From: Candidatus Eremiobacteria bacterium
GTDB taxonomy: Bacteria; Vulcanimicrobiota; Vulcanimicrobiia; Vulcanimicrobiales; Vulcanimicrobiaceae
Direction of reading: 5' to 3'
NCBI GenBank assembly: GCA_963737065.1
Contig: CAVTRC010000001.1
Span: 1,856,001-1,920,000, forward strand
Length of the DNA: 64,000 nt
Every line of letters starts with the position of its first letter. The stretch's first letter is position 1. Shown in pieces: positions 13,848 to 24,922 of the stretch. The position numbers and the translations under genes are program-made. The notes under the pieces are model-generated. The model was not told the origin of the DNA. It did not search any database and saw only the letters and a list, made by a program, of their open reading frames with translations.

Positions 13848-15143
13848 ATGAGCTTGCGAGTACGCCTTTTAGGGACGATCATCGGTGCAATTCTCTTATG
13901 TTTTGTCGTTACGGTGATTGCGTCGCGCATCGAATTGAACAAGCAGCTGCGCCATCTCGGCGAAACGCAGGTCGCCAACGGCGGCGGTGCGTTCGGCGGA
14001 TACTGGGATTCACGCAAAGATCAGATCAAGTTGCTCGTTGCACAGGACGCGGTCAGCGACACGTTGCGTAAAGCGCTCCAGTCGCACAATGCCGGCGCGC
14101 TGCAAGATCAGCTTGCGAATGCGGCTCGTACGTCGGGCCTTTCGTTCTTGACGATCGTCGATACGGACGGCAACGTGATCGCTCGCGCAAACGGTCCGCA
14201 GCCCGGCGCGCTGAAGTCCAATCCGCTCATCGCGCGGGCGCTCACGGGCGAGACGGTCACCACCGCGACACTCCTCGATAAATCCGTGCTCGATGGCGAG
14301 GGCCTCGCGCCGCAGGCATCGACGACCGGCCAAGGTTTGGCGCTCGTCGCCGCTGCTCCGATCAGCGACCAAAACGAACGCACGATCGGCGCGATTTACG
14401 GCGGCATTTTGCTCAATCACTATTACGATCTCGTCGATGAAGCGACGCACGCGCTGGGCGGCGCCTCCGCATTGACGCAAAACGGCACGATCGTTGCGAG
14501 CACGATTCAACAGGCGGACGGCACGCGCACGGTCGACGTGCAGTCGCCGCCGGCGAGCGACGTGGTGAAGACGGGAACGCCATTCACGGGCGTCGACACG
14601 CAGGGTGGCACGGCATACCTCGTCCACATCGATCCCATTACCGACGATCAAAACCGCGTGGTTGGCGCGCGCTGGTACGGAACGCCGCTCTCGTCGATCG
14701 ATGCGATCATCAACAACACGACGACGACGCTGCTCGTCTGGGGCGCGATCGCTGCACTCCTCGCGCTGGCGCTCGCTATTCCGATCGTTCAGCGACTTTC
14801 GGAAACGCTCTCGAGCCGCAGCAATCAAGTTCGCAGCGCTGCGAACGAACTCGGTGTCGCGATCGTGGGCAGCGAAGTCTCCGGCGATCACGTTTCGATG
14901 ACGAAGGCCGCGGTGGAACGCATCGGCTCGCTCCTCGATGAGTTGGAAAACGAAAGCGGCCGGGGTGGGGAGAAGATCACCGAATTGAAGGCGGTCAACG
15001 CGGAACTGCACGGCGATATGATCGTCATCGATACGCTCTCGCAAGAAATGAGCAGCCGCATGCAACAAGCGGTCACGCGCGTTCACGAACTCAGCGACGT
15101 GGCCAAAGGCTTGGCCGAGCTCGTAACGGGAGAAGCGGGTTAA
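13848..15143 (+). CDS. Cache-domain membrane sensor with short coiled-coil tail
   Basis: TM - extracytoplasmic domain (FLTIVDTDGNVIARA; PITDDQNRVVGARWYG) - TM - about 110 aa helical tail. No recognisable output domain. Confidence 0.75.
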   Translation: MSLRVRLLGTIIGAILLCFVVTVIASRIELNKQLRHLGETQVANGGGAFGGYWDSRKDQIKLLVAQDAVSDTLRKALQSHNAGALQDQLANAARTSGLSFLTIVDTDGNVIARANGPQPGALKSNPLIARALTGETVTTATLLDKSVLDGEGLAPQASTTGQGLALVAAAPISDQNERTIGAIYGGILLNHYYDLVDEATHALGGASALTQNGTIVASTIQQADGTRTVDVQSPPASDVVKTGTPFTGVDTQGGTAYLVHIDPITDDQNRVVGARWYGTPLSSIDAIINNTTTTLLVWGAIAALLALALAIPIVQRLSETLSSRSNQVRSAANELGVAIVGSEVSGDHVSMTKAAVERIGSLLDELENESGRGGEKITELKAVNAELHGDMIVIDTLSQEMSSRMQQAVTRVHELSDVAKGLAELVTGEAG

Positions 15144-15152
15144 GCCGGCGCC

Positions 15153-15368
15153 ATGGCCGACGTCATCTTATTCTTCGGGAGTAATGCCGACACGATGATC
15201 GCCACAAAGGCGCTCAAGGATGCCGGCATTCCGGCCAAGATGATCCCTAAACCGTCGACGGTCAACGCTGCGTCGAACCTGTGTTTGACGATCGACGGCG
15301 GTGCTGAGTCGCACGCGAAGAGCGCGCTGACCGGAGCGGGCGTTTCGCTCGGCGGCGTCGTGAAATAG
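15153..15368 (+). CDS. DUF3343-like small protein
   Basis: FGSNADTMIATKALKDAGIPAKMIPKPSTVNAASNLCL pattern. Confidence 0.65.
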   Translation: MADVILFFGSNADTMIATKALKDAGIPAKMIPKPSTVNAASNLCLTIDGGAESHAKSALTGAGVSLGGVVK

Positions 15369-15403
15369 CAGGGCGTTGCCTCGGAAAAGGCAATGCTGTC
15401 TTC

Positions 15404-16927
15404 ATGTATCGACGCACGATGTTTGCCGCTGCGCTGATCGCGTTTGCGATCGCGGCGCCTTCCGTCGCGGCCACGAAGCCGCCCGCAGCACGACCCAAGC
15501 CGACGGCACCGAGCTCCGAGGACCGTGCGGTTGTGACCCGCCATCACATTGCCGTGAACGGAACGACGATCGCGTATACGGCAACCGCTGGAACATTGCT
15601 CGTCAAAGACGAGAAGGGTCAGCCGCAAGCGAGCATTTTTTACGTCGCGTACACCAAAGACGGCGTGAGTCCGAACGATCGTCCGGTGACGTTCTTGTAT
15701 AACGGCGGTCCGGGATGCGCGTCGTCGCCGTTGCACATGCTTGCCCTCGGACCTCGCCGCATCGTCGTGCAGAACGCGAAGCCGAACGACGGCGCGCCGT
15801 CGAAAATCGTCGACAACAACGACACGCTGCTGGATAAATCCGATCTTGTCTTCATCGATGCGCCGGGAACGGGATACAGCCGCGTCTTTCCGAAGGTCGA
15901 CCCGAAATCGATCTACGGCATCGATCAAGATGCTGCGGCATTCGCACAATTCATTCGCCGTTACGTCACGCTGAACGACCGGTGGAACTCGCCGAAGTTC
16001 TTGCTCGGCGAAAGCTACGGAACGCCGCGCAGCGCGGTGCTGGTCGATTACCTTCAAGGCCACGAAACAATGGCGATGAACGGCGTGGTGCTGCTGAGCT
16101 CCGTGCTCGACTTCGATACGATCGCGCCCGGGCCGGGCAACGACCTCGCGTACATCGCATACATTCCGACCGAAGCTGCGACGCATTGGTATCACGATAC
16201 ATCGGCAAACAAAGGCACGCTGCAGTCAACCGTCGATGCCGCGCGAGCATTTGCGAACGGTCCGTATGCAGCGGCGCTCCTGCAGGGCGACCGGCTTCCG
16301 CACGAACAGTTCGTGAAAGTTGCCGGCGAACTCGCTCACCTCACGGGACTCAGCCAACAATACGTCGAGCGCTCGGATTTGCGCGTGCAACCCCAACGAT
16401 TCGAGAAAGTGCTGCTCAGTGACGACGGCGAGCAGACGGGACGTCTTGATGCGCGCTACACGGGTTACGATCTCGATCAGACAGGCGACTCGGCGGAATA
16501 CGACCCGTCGGACAGCTACACGAGCCCGGCGCTGCAATCCGGATTCCTCTCATACGTTCGCAACGAGTTGAATTGGCACAGCGACGAAGCCTATCCGCAG
16601 TGCAACGACAAGATTTTTCCCGCGTGGGATTTCACGCGTAAATCGGTCTTCGGATGGCTCGCTCCCACGACGAGCGGCGATCTGCAAGACGCGATGACGG
16701 AAAACCCGCACTTGCGCGTCTTCGTCGGCGCGGGTTACTTCGACATGGCGACTCCCTTCGGTGCCGCGGAATGGACGTTCTCGCATCTCGGACTGCAGCC
16801 GGCGTTACGCTCGCACGTCACGTTCGGCTACTACGATTCGGGACATATGGTCTACCTGAATCCCGACGCGCGTTCAAAGTTTCACGCGGATCTCGACCGC
16901 TTCTACGACGCCACGCTCAGCCGGTAG
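15404..16927 (+). CDS. Secreted S10 serine carboxypeptidase
   Basis: Signal peptide; NGGPG, GESYG, GYFDMATP and SGHMVY motifs. Confidence 0.92.
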   Translation: MYRRTMFAAALIAFAIAAPSVAATKPPAARPKPTAPSSEDRAVVTRHHIAVNGTTIAYTATAGTLLVKDEKGQPQASIFYVAYTKDGVSPNDRPVTFLYNGGPGCASSPLHMLALGPRRIVVQNAKPNDGAPSKIVDNNDTLLDKSDLVFIDAPGTGYSRVFPKVDPKSIYGIDQDAAAFAQFIRRYVTLNDRWNSPKFLLGESYGTPRSAVLVDYLQGHETMAMNGVVLLSSVLDFDTIAPGPGNDLAYIAYIPTEAATHWYHDTSANKGTLQSTVDAARAFANGPYAAALLQGDRLPHEQFVKVAGELAHLTGLSQQYVERSDLRVQPQRFEKVLLSDDGEQTGRLDARYTGYDLDQTGDSAEYDPSDSYTSPALQSGFLSYVRNELNWHSDEAYPQCNDKIFPAWDFTRKSVFGWLAPTTSGDLQDAMTENPHLRVFVGAGYFDMATPFGAAEWTFSHLGLQPALRSHVTFGYYDSGHMVYLNPDARSKFHADLDRFYDATLSR

Positions 16928-16940
16928 TGAGCCGCCGGCG

Positions 16941-17723
16941 CTATCGCAGCGCACGCGCGTCGGCAAGTGATATCGCCTCTCTCGTTCCGTCGCGATGTTG
17001 CACGAATAATCCGCCGCCCGTAGCGAGCGCGAGCGCGGTAACGTCAATCGGTTCGGTTGCGCCGTCTTTAAGGATACGGTACGGCTTGCCGGGCAACCCG
17101 GCTTGCCGTTCCCAGACGCGCGCGATACGCGGCGGCATGTCGAGCGTCTCTTCCCACACTTCGTAGTTTAGCAGAACGTCGCGCAGCAACGGCGCACGAT
17201 CGACGTTCGGCGCAACGTCATCGGCGAATGCGGGCGGCGGAGTGATTTGCGTTTCGGCGCCGGGCGTGCGATGGACGTTGATGCCGACACCGGCCGCAAC
17301 CCACGCGCGATCGCCGACGACGCGCGAGATGCAAAGGATTCCGGCGATCTTTTTTCCGTCGAGAAGCAGATCGTTCGGCCACTGCAAATCCGCTTTCACG
17401 CCGTTGAGGACGAGCGCGCGGCGAACGCAGATGGCGACGCCAAAGGGAACGGCCCAAAGATGCGACGCAGGCATCGAACGCGGAAGAATCGTCGTCATGA
17501 GCAGTGATGAGCCCGACGGTGCAATCCACGATCGGCCCTTGCGACCGGCTCCTTGCGTCTGCACGCCGGCGACGAACGTGGTGCCGTACGCCGATTCATC
17601 ACCGAGCAACGGCGCAGCATTCGCATTCGTGCTTTCGGTCGATTCCGTATAGCGGATGTCGGAAAAACGCGTTCCGCGCAGTTCGTCGCTCACGCGTGCA
17701 TACGGTTGCCGGACCCCTGGCAT
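16941..17723 (-). CDS. birA: Biotin--[acetyl-CoA-carboxylase] ligase (no HTH)
   Basis: STESTN, QTQGAGRKGRSW and QWPNDLLLDGKKIAGIL. Confidence 0.92.
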   Translation of the reverse strand: MPGVRQPYARVSDELRGTRFSDIRYTESTESTNANAAPLLGDESAYGTTFVAGVQTQGAGRKGRSWIAPSGSSLLMTTILPRSMPASHLWAVPFGVAICVRRALVLNGVKADLQWPNDLLLDGKKIAGILCISRVVGDRAWVAAGVGINVHRTPGAETQITPPPAFADDVAPNVDRAPLLRDVLLNYEVWEETLDMPPRIARVWERQAGLPGKPYRILKDGATEPIDVTALALATGGGLFVQHRDGTREAISLADARALR

Positions 17724-17761
17724 AGGGGGACGTTGCGCGTGCGACGTAATCGGGGCCTGCT

Positions 17762-18217
17762 ATGGCATTAGAATCGACGCTCATTCTGTGTAAGCCGGAC
17801 GCGGTCTCGCGTTCCCTCGTCGGCGAAATCATCTCGCGCATCGAGCGGCGCGGATACGTCATCACCGCGATGAAGATGATGCAGTTGCCGGGCGACAAAG
17901 CGCGCGAACACTATGCGGAACACAAAGACAAGCCGTTCTTCGGCGATCTCGTGAGCTTCATCACGAGCGGACCGCTCGTCGCGATGGCGGTCGAAGGCGA
18001 AAATGCGGTGGAAGGGATGCGCCAGATGATCGGTGCGACCAATCCGCTCAGCGCTGCACCGGGCTCGCTTCGCGGCGACTTCGGGCAAACGATCGGTTTC
18101 AATCTCGTGCACGGTAGCGACAGTAAGGCGAGCGCTGAACGCGAGCTCAAGATTTTCTTCGAAGTCGGCGATTTCGTTTCGCGCAAGCACGATCTTGCGA
18201 AGTGGCTGGCGGATTAA
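17762..18217 (+). CDS. ndk: Nucleoside diphosphate kinase
   Basis: KPDAV, GATNP, PGSLRGDF and NLVHGSDS. Confidence 0.97.
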   Translation: MALESTLILCKPDAVSRSLVGEIISRIERRGYVITAMKMMQLPGDKAREHYAEHKDKPFFGDLVSFITSGPLVAMAVEGENAVEGMRQMIGATNPLSAAPGSLRGDFGQTIGFNLVHGSDSKASAERELKIFFEVGDFVSRKHDLAKWLAD

Positions 18218-19534
<1,317 letters not shown>

Positions 19535-19586
19535 ACGGGCCGCGCAAGCGGGTTCGGCGGCGTGTGCGCGCTCGCGCGCTCGGGCG

Positions 19587-20180
19587 ATGAAATGTGCGAT
19601 CGTACTGACCGCTTTTTCGATCGCATTTGGTATCGAAGAAGCAATCATCGTCGTGTATCTTCGTCATTTGCCGGGCGCGTATATGTCGCATGCGTTTGTA
19701 CTGGAAGGGTTTCGCGAGCTCGCCACGTTGTTCGTCATCGGTTCGATTGCATGGGTGGCCGCAGAAACCGTAGCGTTGCGTGCGCGCGCATTCTGCTTTG
19801 CGTTCGGCGCCTGGGACATCGTGTATTACATCGCACTGTGGAGACTGACCGGATTCCCGCGTATCACCGATGACGATGTTTTGTTTCTCATTCCGCGGCC
19901 GTGGATCGCGCCGGTATGGGCACCGGTGTCGTTTGCCGCCGTCCTGGTGCTCGTCGGTGTATTCGGCGTGTCACAGCGACGCGGTCTGCTGCTCGCTGTA
20001 GGGTTCGCAGGCGCGCTCGTGTCGTTTGTCTACCGAACGGCGTTTCATGTGCACGCGTATCCCGTGTGGCTTTTTGCGGTCTCGCTCGCACTTTCGATTG
20101 CGGCGCTTCCGTTTGAGACCGTGAACCTGCCGAGGATAGCGGCCGGGCGTCCAGAAAGCGTCCGCCGCCGGGGCCTGTAG
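19587..20180 (+). CDS. Hypothetical membrane protein
   Basis: Several TM helices; WDIVYY...DVLFLIPRPWIAPVWAP. The stop codon lies inside the tRNA 5' end. Confidence 0.7.
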   Translation: MKCAIVLTAFSIAFGIEEAIIVVYLRHLPGAYMSHAFVLEGFRELATLFVIGSIAWVAAETVALRARAFCFAFGAWDIVYYIALWRLTGFPRITDDDVLFLIPRPWIAPVWAPVSFAAVLVLVGVFGVSQRRGLLLAVGFAGALVSFVYRTAFHVHAYPVWLFAVSLALSIAALPFETVNLPRIAAGRPESVRRRGL

Positions 20181-20242
20181 CTCAGCGGTAGAGCGGCCGG
20201 CTCATAACTGGTTGCGCGTAGGTTCGAATCCTACCAGGCCCA
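20171..20242 (+). tRNA. tRNA with CAT anticodon, probably tRNA-Ile2 (lysidine); CCA not encoded
   Basis: Acceptor stem GGGCCTG/CAGGCCC, D arm TAGCTCAG, anticodon loop CTCATAA, T loop GGTTCGAATCC. The sequence resembles Ile2 tRNAs more than elongator or initiator Met. Confidence 0.9.
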
Positions 20243-20249
20243 AATGAGA

Positions 20250-20279
20250 TTGACACCCTGGCCGCAAACCGGCTAATCT
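20250..20279 (+). promoter_or_regulatory. Sigma70-type promoter for tRNA-Glu
   Basis: TTGACA (20250-55), 18-nt spacer, TAATCT (20274-79), about 20 nt upstream of the tRNA. Confidence 0.65.
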
Positions 20280-20300
20280 TCGGTGTTACCCCTGTCGCGC

Positions 20301-20375
20301 GGCGCCATCGTCTATCGGTTAGGACATCGCCCTTTCAAGGCGGAAAGACGGGTTCGATTCCCGTTGGCGCTACCA
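20301..20375 (+). tRNA. tRNA-Glu(TTC)
   Basis: Acceptor stem GGCGCCA/TGGCGCT, anticodon loop CTTTCAA, GGTTCGATTCCC, encoded CCA. Confidence 0.95.
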
Positions 20376-20404
20376 ACTCCGGCCCGCTTTGCGCGCGTTT
20401 TCGC

Positions 20405-20726
20405 TCGTGCAGTCTACGTGCGGCGATCGCTGATGGGTGCTATCGTCGTCAGCATCGGCTTCAGACCGCATCGTTTCTGCGAAGGCTTTGCCAGGTTTTT
20501 CAGTTTACGAACTTCAGCGCTTCGTTGTCGCGCGTGAGGTTCGCAACGATAGGTTTACGCCGTGCGTCTCGTCCTCGACTGCGCGCATCCGCGCCACGTC
20601 GTTGGTACGCCTGCCGTCGTACTTCGCCATCCAGGTGCGTAACGGGTTGCGGCTGACGCCGTGCCGGCCGGCTATCTCCTTGCAGTTACCGCCGGCTTTG
20701 TACGTTTAAATGATCGCGATGATCTC
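20405..20726 (-). mobile_element. Decayed IS3-family transposase (orfA and start of orfB)
   Basis: Minus strand reads EIIAII*TYKAGGNCKEIAGRHGVSRNPLRTWMAKY...RMRAVEDE, then after a frameshift ARRKPIVANLTRDNEALK. This is the IS3 OrfA HTH plus leucine zipper, interrupted by stops. Confidence 0.75.
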
Positions 20727-20878
20727 AACGAGGATCGGCTAATCGAATTGTTCCTAGAAATCGCGGAGCTTCTTGATGCTGCGCGCTGCGAGTATCACGT
20801 CGTTATGCGCGCCGGAACGGATGACCTAGTGTTCGAGTGACATATGCCTATTACGACCCCGCTACACGCGTTGATAAG

Positions 20879-21445
20879 TTACGCGATCAAATTGCGCGTT
20901 CGATCGAGCGCTAATACTAGGCGAACTGCGTCTTCGCTGACCCGGTCGGTGGAAACGACGCGGAGCGGCGGCCGAGCACCGGCGAAATACGGCTTTCCGC
21001 GGCCAAGCACCAGCGGCCGGTAGTAGAGGTGATACTCGTCGATTAACGCGCGGTCGGTGAGGCTTCCCGCGAGCTCAGGACCGGCCACGGAGATTTGGCC
21101 GTCGACCTTCTCCTTCATGTTGCGCACGAATGCTTCGATGTCGCGATTGACAAGCGTGGCGTTGGCGCCGACTGACTTCAGAGTGCTTGAGACGACCCAT
21201 TTGGGATGCGCACGCCACGCGACTGCGAAGTCGTGTTCGAGGGCATTCCATTCCGACCGATCCTCATCCCAATAGCGCATCACTTCATACATGCGGCGCC
21301 CATAGAAACAGCCAGCTAACCTGCGCTCAAGATTGGTAAATTGACGGAAAAGTTCCGCACTGGGTGGGAACCACTCCAGCTCACCTTGCTCGCTAGCCAC
21401 ATATCCGTCGAGCGACAGATTCATCGCAAAAATCAGTTGTCCCAT
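20879..21445 (-). CDS. Dihydrofolate reductase / RibD C-terminal family protein
   Basis: MNLSLDGYV, GRRMYEVMRYW, PKWVVSSTL and LIDEYHLYYRPLVLGRGKPYF. Confidence 0.9.
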   Translation of the reverse strand: MGQLIFAMNLSLDGYVASEQGELEWFPPSAELFRQFTNLERRLAGCFYGRRMYEVMRYWDEDRSEWNALEHDFAVAWRAHPKWVVSSTLKSVGANATLVNRDIEAFVRNMKEKVDGQISVAGPELAGSLTDRALIDEYHLYYRPLVLGRGKPYFAGARPPLRVVSTDRVSEDAVRLVLALDRTRNLIA

Positions 21446-21826
21446 CTCAAGACTCGGTATTCGCGAGCGCTTCCAAAGGTCTGCCTGTGAGGCATAGCGT
21501 CCTGCGCTCCTCAACAACAAGGCTTCAACGGACATGAAGAGCTTCAGCGCAGGCTCGCTCCAATCGAACCTATCGACAATAATTTCCAAGGCGTGCAGAT
21601 TCGTTCTTAAAAAAGAAGGCGAGACGGTGAATATGACGTTAGTTTCAATGCTCGCGGCCGTGCCTTCTGTACACGTGCGGCTAATTTGAGTGGAAACAGG
21701 GACGTAAGCAGCTCTGAAGCAGCTCGTGTTCTGCTGTTTGCGATCTCGCGCGCACCGAAAGCGCTCGAAAAGGCTCTTCGGGATGACGCTACGAGATGAT
21801 GGCGAGCGGCTTGGCCGTCGATCGCC

Positions 21827-21883
21827 TCGGTCGGCGATGCATACGACAACGCGATGTGCGAAAGCTTTAATGCAACGGTTTAA
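21827..21883 (+). mobile_element. IS3-family integrase-core remnant
   Basis: Translates SVGDAYDNAMCESFNATV*, the conserved DNAxxESF motif of IS3 OrfB. Confidence 0.7.
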
Positions 21884-21927
21884 CTCATCGCGGCATCATC
21901 TACGCTGTTCGGGTACAGTAGCTAACG

Positions 21928-23694
21928 ATGAGTGGGACATTTCGGACCGCAATCGTTCTAGCCGCACTTGGTGCGGTTGCTTTAGGCTGTTACGACGTCG
22001 CGAATCCCTATCGCCCAGGCCAAATCGGGTTCGACGGCGCGACGCTCGCCTATGGTAATGAACGGTTTGAGACGATCTACCCTAACGCCGCCGCTGATCG
22101 GGCCGGCATTCGCAAGGGCGATATCCTACTCGTCGATTCGCTTTCTTCGAAACAGCAATTCAATCTAGCGATGCGGCGCGCGGGTCAGCCGCTTGATCTG
22201 CCGATTTTGCGTGAAGGCAAGCGTCTAAATTTTCACATCACCGCAGAAACAACCGAAAATTTCCGCCCGGTAGAAACGGGACCGTTCGAGCTGCTCTTGT
22301 TACTCGTCTTCGCGGCGACCGGCTCGCTCGTTGCCTTACGCGGCGCTGCGCGTCCAGAGGTACGTGCACTGGCGGTGTTATTTGTTGCATGGGCGTGGTC
22401 GATCGCTCTGACGTGGCTGTTCGACGTGGCGCCGACACCGCAACTCGCATTCGTCGGTGCCGTTGGAGCCGGCGGGAGCCTCGCAAACGCCACACCAGCG
22501 ACCGCCGGCGTAGTAGAAGCGTTCGTTGCGTACAGCCTGCTGACGTTCGTAGGGCATTTTCCGCCGACGCAATCTCGAGTTCGAACCGCTATTGCGTCAA
22601 GTGCGGTGCCAATCGCCGTACTCGTTCTCATCGTGGCGTTGTGGAGTGATATTTCAGTTTTCCATGGCAGCTTGCAACTCTTTGAAATTCGTGGAATTGC
22701 ATCGTATAGCTGGATTGGTGCCGTCCTCGCAGTCGGGCTCGTACCACTGTTGGTTTTGATTGGCGCTATTGATGGCCTCGTGCATGTTGACGAAAACCAC
22801 AGAATGCAAATGCGCTGGGTCGGCACCGCAATGATCATTAGTGCGGTACCGGCGTTTTACTCGTTCGGTTTTTTGGTTTACGGGGGCTCTACCCCACCGC
22901 TTGTTACTTGGTTAAGGGTTCTGAGCGACGTACCGTTTTTGCTGATCGCCTACGCCATCTTGCGTCACCGGATCGTCGATATCAGTATCGTGATCAGTCG
23001 CGCGGCGATCTTTGCGATTGTATCGGCCACCGTCGTCGTACTCGTAATCGTGTTGGAATGGGTTCTCGGGCAGATCTTGGCTCGCGGCGTTGGCGCAGAG
23101 ACAAGCAAAGGTGTGACAGGGGAGGCATTACGGCTTGCTGTAGCGGTCGCTGTCGGCTTGTCGGCCGTTCCAATTCTTCGACTTGTCGAGCGTTGGCTTA
23201 ATGCCATCTTTTTCGGGAAGCGCGTGCAAGCTCTAGCCGAGCTGCGACGCTTTGCCCTAGAGGCAGACGCAGTTACGGATAGCGGGTCGCTTCTTACCCT
23301 GGCCTGCGATTCAATGCGCGACAATAGCGACGCTCGGTTCGCCGCAATTTACATGGCGCGAAACGGCGGTTACGTTCGAGTGCGCAGTTCGGACAATTTC
23401 CCGCCGTTAGTATTAGACCAAGACGACGCCGCAATCGTCCGGCTCCGTCGTTGGAAGGAACCTTTTGAAATGATTGCCGGCGCGCACGCCCTGAGTGAAG
23501 CGCTAATGCTCCCTATGACGATCGGCGGCTCGTTACTCGGCGTACTGGTTTGCGGCCCGAAACGCGAGCGCGTTCACTACCTTAAGGAAGAGATCGAAGC
23601 GCTCGCGTTAGTGGCCCACCGCGTCGGCACGGCCTCGTACGTTTTGCAGCACGGCGAGTGTCACGCCGTAAACACGCCGATAAGTTTAAGATGA
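21928..23694 (+). CDS. Membrane protein with PDZ-like N-terminus, multiple TM helices and C-terminal GAF-like domain
   Basis: AADRAGIRKGDILL (PDZ), about 9-10 TM helices, LMLPMTIGGSLLGVLVCGPK...YLKEEIEALALVAHRVG (GAF). Confidence 0.75.
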   Translation: MSGTFRTAIVLAALGAVALGCYDVANPYRPGQIGFDGATLAYGNERFETIYPNAAADRAGIRKGDILLVDSLSSKQQFNLAMRRAGQPLDLPILREGKRLNFHITAETTENFRPVETGPFELLLLLVFAATGSLVALRGAARPEVRALAVLFVAWAWSIALTWLFDVAPTPQLAFVGAVGAGGSLANATPATAGVVEAFVAYSLLTFVGHFPPTQSRVRTAIASSAVPIAVLVLIVALWSDISVFHGSLQLFEIRGIASYSWIGAVLAVGLVPLLVLIGAIDGLVHVDENHRMQMRWVGTAMIISAVPAFYSFGFLVYGGSTPPLVTWLRVLSDVPFLLIAYAILRHRIVDISIVISRAAIFAIVSATVVVLVIVLEWVLGQILARGVGAETSKGVTGEALRLAVAVAVGLSAVPILRLVERWLNAIFFGKRVQALAELRRFALEADAVTDSGSLLTLACDSMRDNSDARFAAIYMARNGGYVRVRSSDNFPPLVLDQDDAAIVRLRRWKEPFEMIAGAHALSEALMLPMTIGGSLLGVLVCGPKRERVHYLKEEIEALALVAHRVGTASYVLQHGECHAVNTPISLR

Positions 23695-23747
23695 AACCAC
23701 TTTACGATACGGCGTTCGACGTACGCGCTTAGCGTCAAGACGACTGT

Positions 23748-24485
23748 GTGAATAAGCTGTTGATCGGCACGGCGGGATGGTCGGTTCCCGTTTCTTTCGC
23801 GGAACGGTTTCCCGGGGACGGGTCTCACTTGGAACGCTATGCACGCGTCATGACGGCGGCGGAAATTAACTCATCGTTCCATCGGCCGCACCGGCGTTCT
23901 ACCTACGAGCGCTGGGCGTCGGCCGTGCCGCCGAACTTTTTGTTCTCCGTGAAGATTCCGAAAGTGATCTCGCACGAAAAGCGCTGCGTCGACTGCGCGG
24001 ATGAGTTGCAACAATTTCTCGGTGAGAGCGCGGGGCTCGGAAACAAACGCCACCTATTGCTGCTGCAGCTGCCGCCGAGTTTTCAATTCGAAGAGGCACG
24101 GATGGATCGCTTTTTCGCGCTCTGTCACGCTGCAGAGGCGCCGCCGGTCGTGTGTGAGCCGCGTCACGCTTCGTGGTTTACGCCGGAAGCTGATGCGTTG
24201 TTGCGCACGTGGCGCGTCGCACGCGTGGGCGCCGACCCCGCGCGCGCGGCCGGAGCCGAGACGCCGGGTGGCTGGACGGGAATCACTTACGTTCGAATGC
24301 ACGGTACGCCGCGCGTCTACTATTCGTCGTATTCCGACGAGACTCTTGACGGTATCGCTTCGATGCTATCAATGGCGCCGAACGAAGCGTGGTGCATCTT
24401 CGATAATACAGCCTCTGGGGCAGCAGCCGGTGATGCGTTGAGGCTCCGTTCGCGTTTGAGCATTTCCGGTCGACATGAACATTAG
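23748..24485 (+). CDS. DUF72 family protein
   Basis: IGTAGWS, EINSSFHR, LLQLPPS, EPRHASW, YVRMHG and WCIFDN. Confidence 0.92.
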   Translation: MNKLLIGTAGWSVPVSFAERFPGDGSHLERYARVMTAAEINSSFHRPHRRSTYERWASAVPPNFLFSVKIPKVISHEKRCVDCADELQQFLGESAGLGNKRHLLLLQLPPSFQFEEARMDRFFALCHAAEAPPVVCEPRHASWFTPEADALLRTWRVARVGADPARAAGAETPGGWTGITYVRMHGTPRVYYSSYSDETLDGIASMLSMAPNEAWCIFDNTASGAAAGDALRLRSRLSISGRHEH

Positions 24486-24922
24486 CGCGACAGCAGCCGT
24501 TTCAATATGCGCGGAATTTTCGCTGCGACGGGCGTTAGTTCGGGTGCGATGCGGCCTTGCCATGCGCATCGGCATCGACTAGTCCGAAAGTTCAATCGTT
24601 GCGTCGGGCGCAGCACGCTCTACTCTTGTGCGGCCGCCAATGAAAAACGCGTCGCCCGTAGAGTAAATAGTGCACGGTCGTACGCTCGCGCAGCTCTTCG
24701 AAATCCGCGCGGTACACGTCTGGGTTGCACGGCGAGGGAAGTGCGAATACTAACACGTTGAGGGTTTCTTCGCGCGAACGATCAATCCCGAGTCGACCCG
24801 TGAGCATGGGTACGTCGGCGGTAAACGTGCATAGATGTGTCTCTGCAATTCCTAATGGGTGTTGGGACTATTGTACGGTTAGGAGTTATGTGTGCGCACG
24901 GTTACCTGGGTAAGATGTAAGC

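Noticed and set aside
20171..20180. CDS stop codon inside the tRNA-Ile2 gene
   Set aside because: The last residues of the membrane protein look like non-conserved run-on; a 10-bp overlap needs no special explanation.
20283..20537. ORF spanning tRNA-Glu
   Set aside because: Shadow translation of the tRNA and of the antisense IS remnant.
21063..21084. CTTCCCGCGAGCTCAGGACCGG resembling the uvrA/ligA repeat
   Set aside because: It lacks the CGACA core and is the antisense of a conserved DHFR-family segment (AGPELAGS), so probably coincidence.
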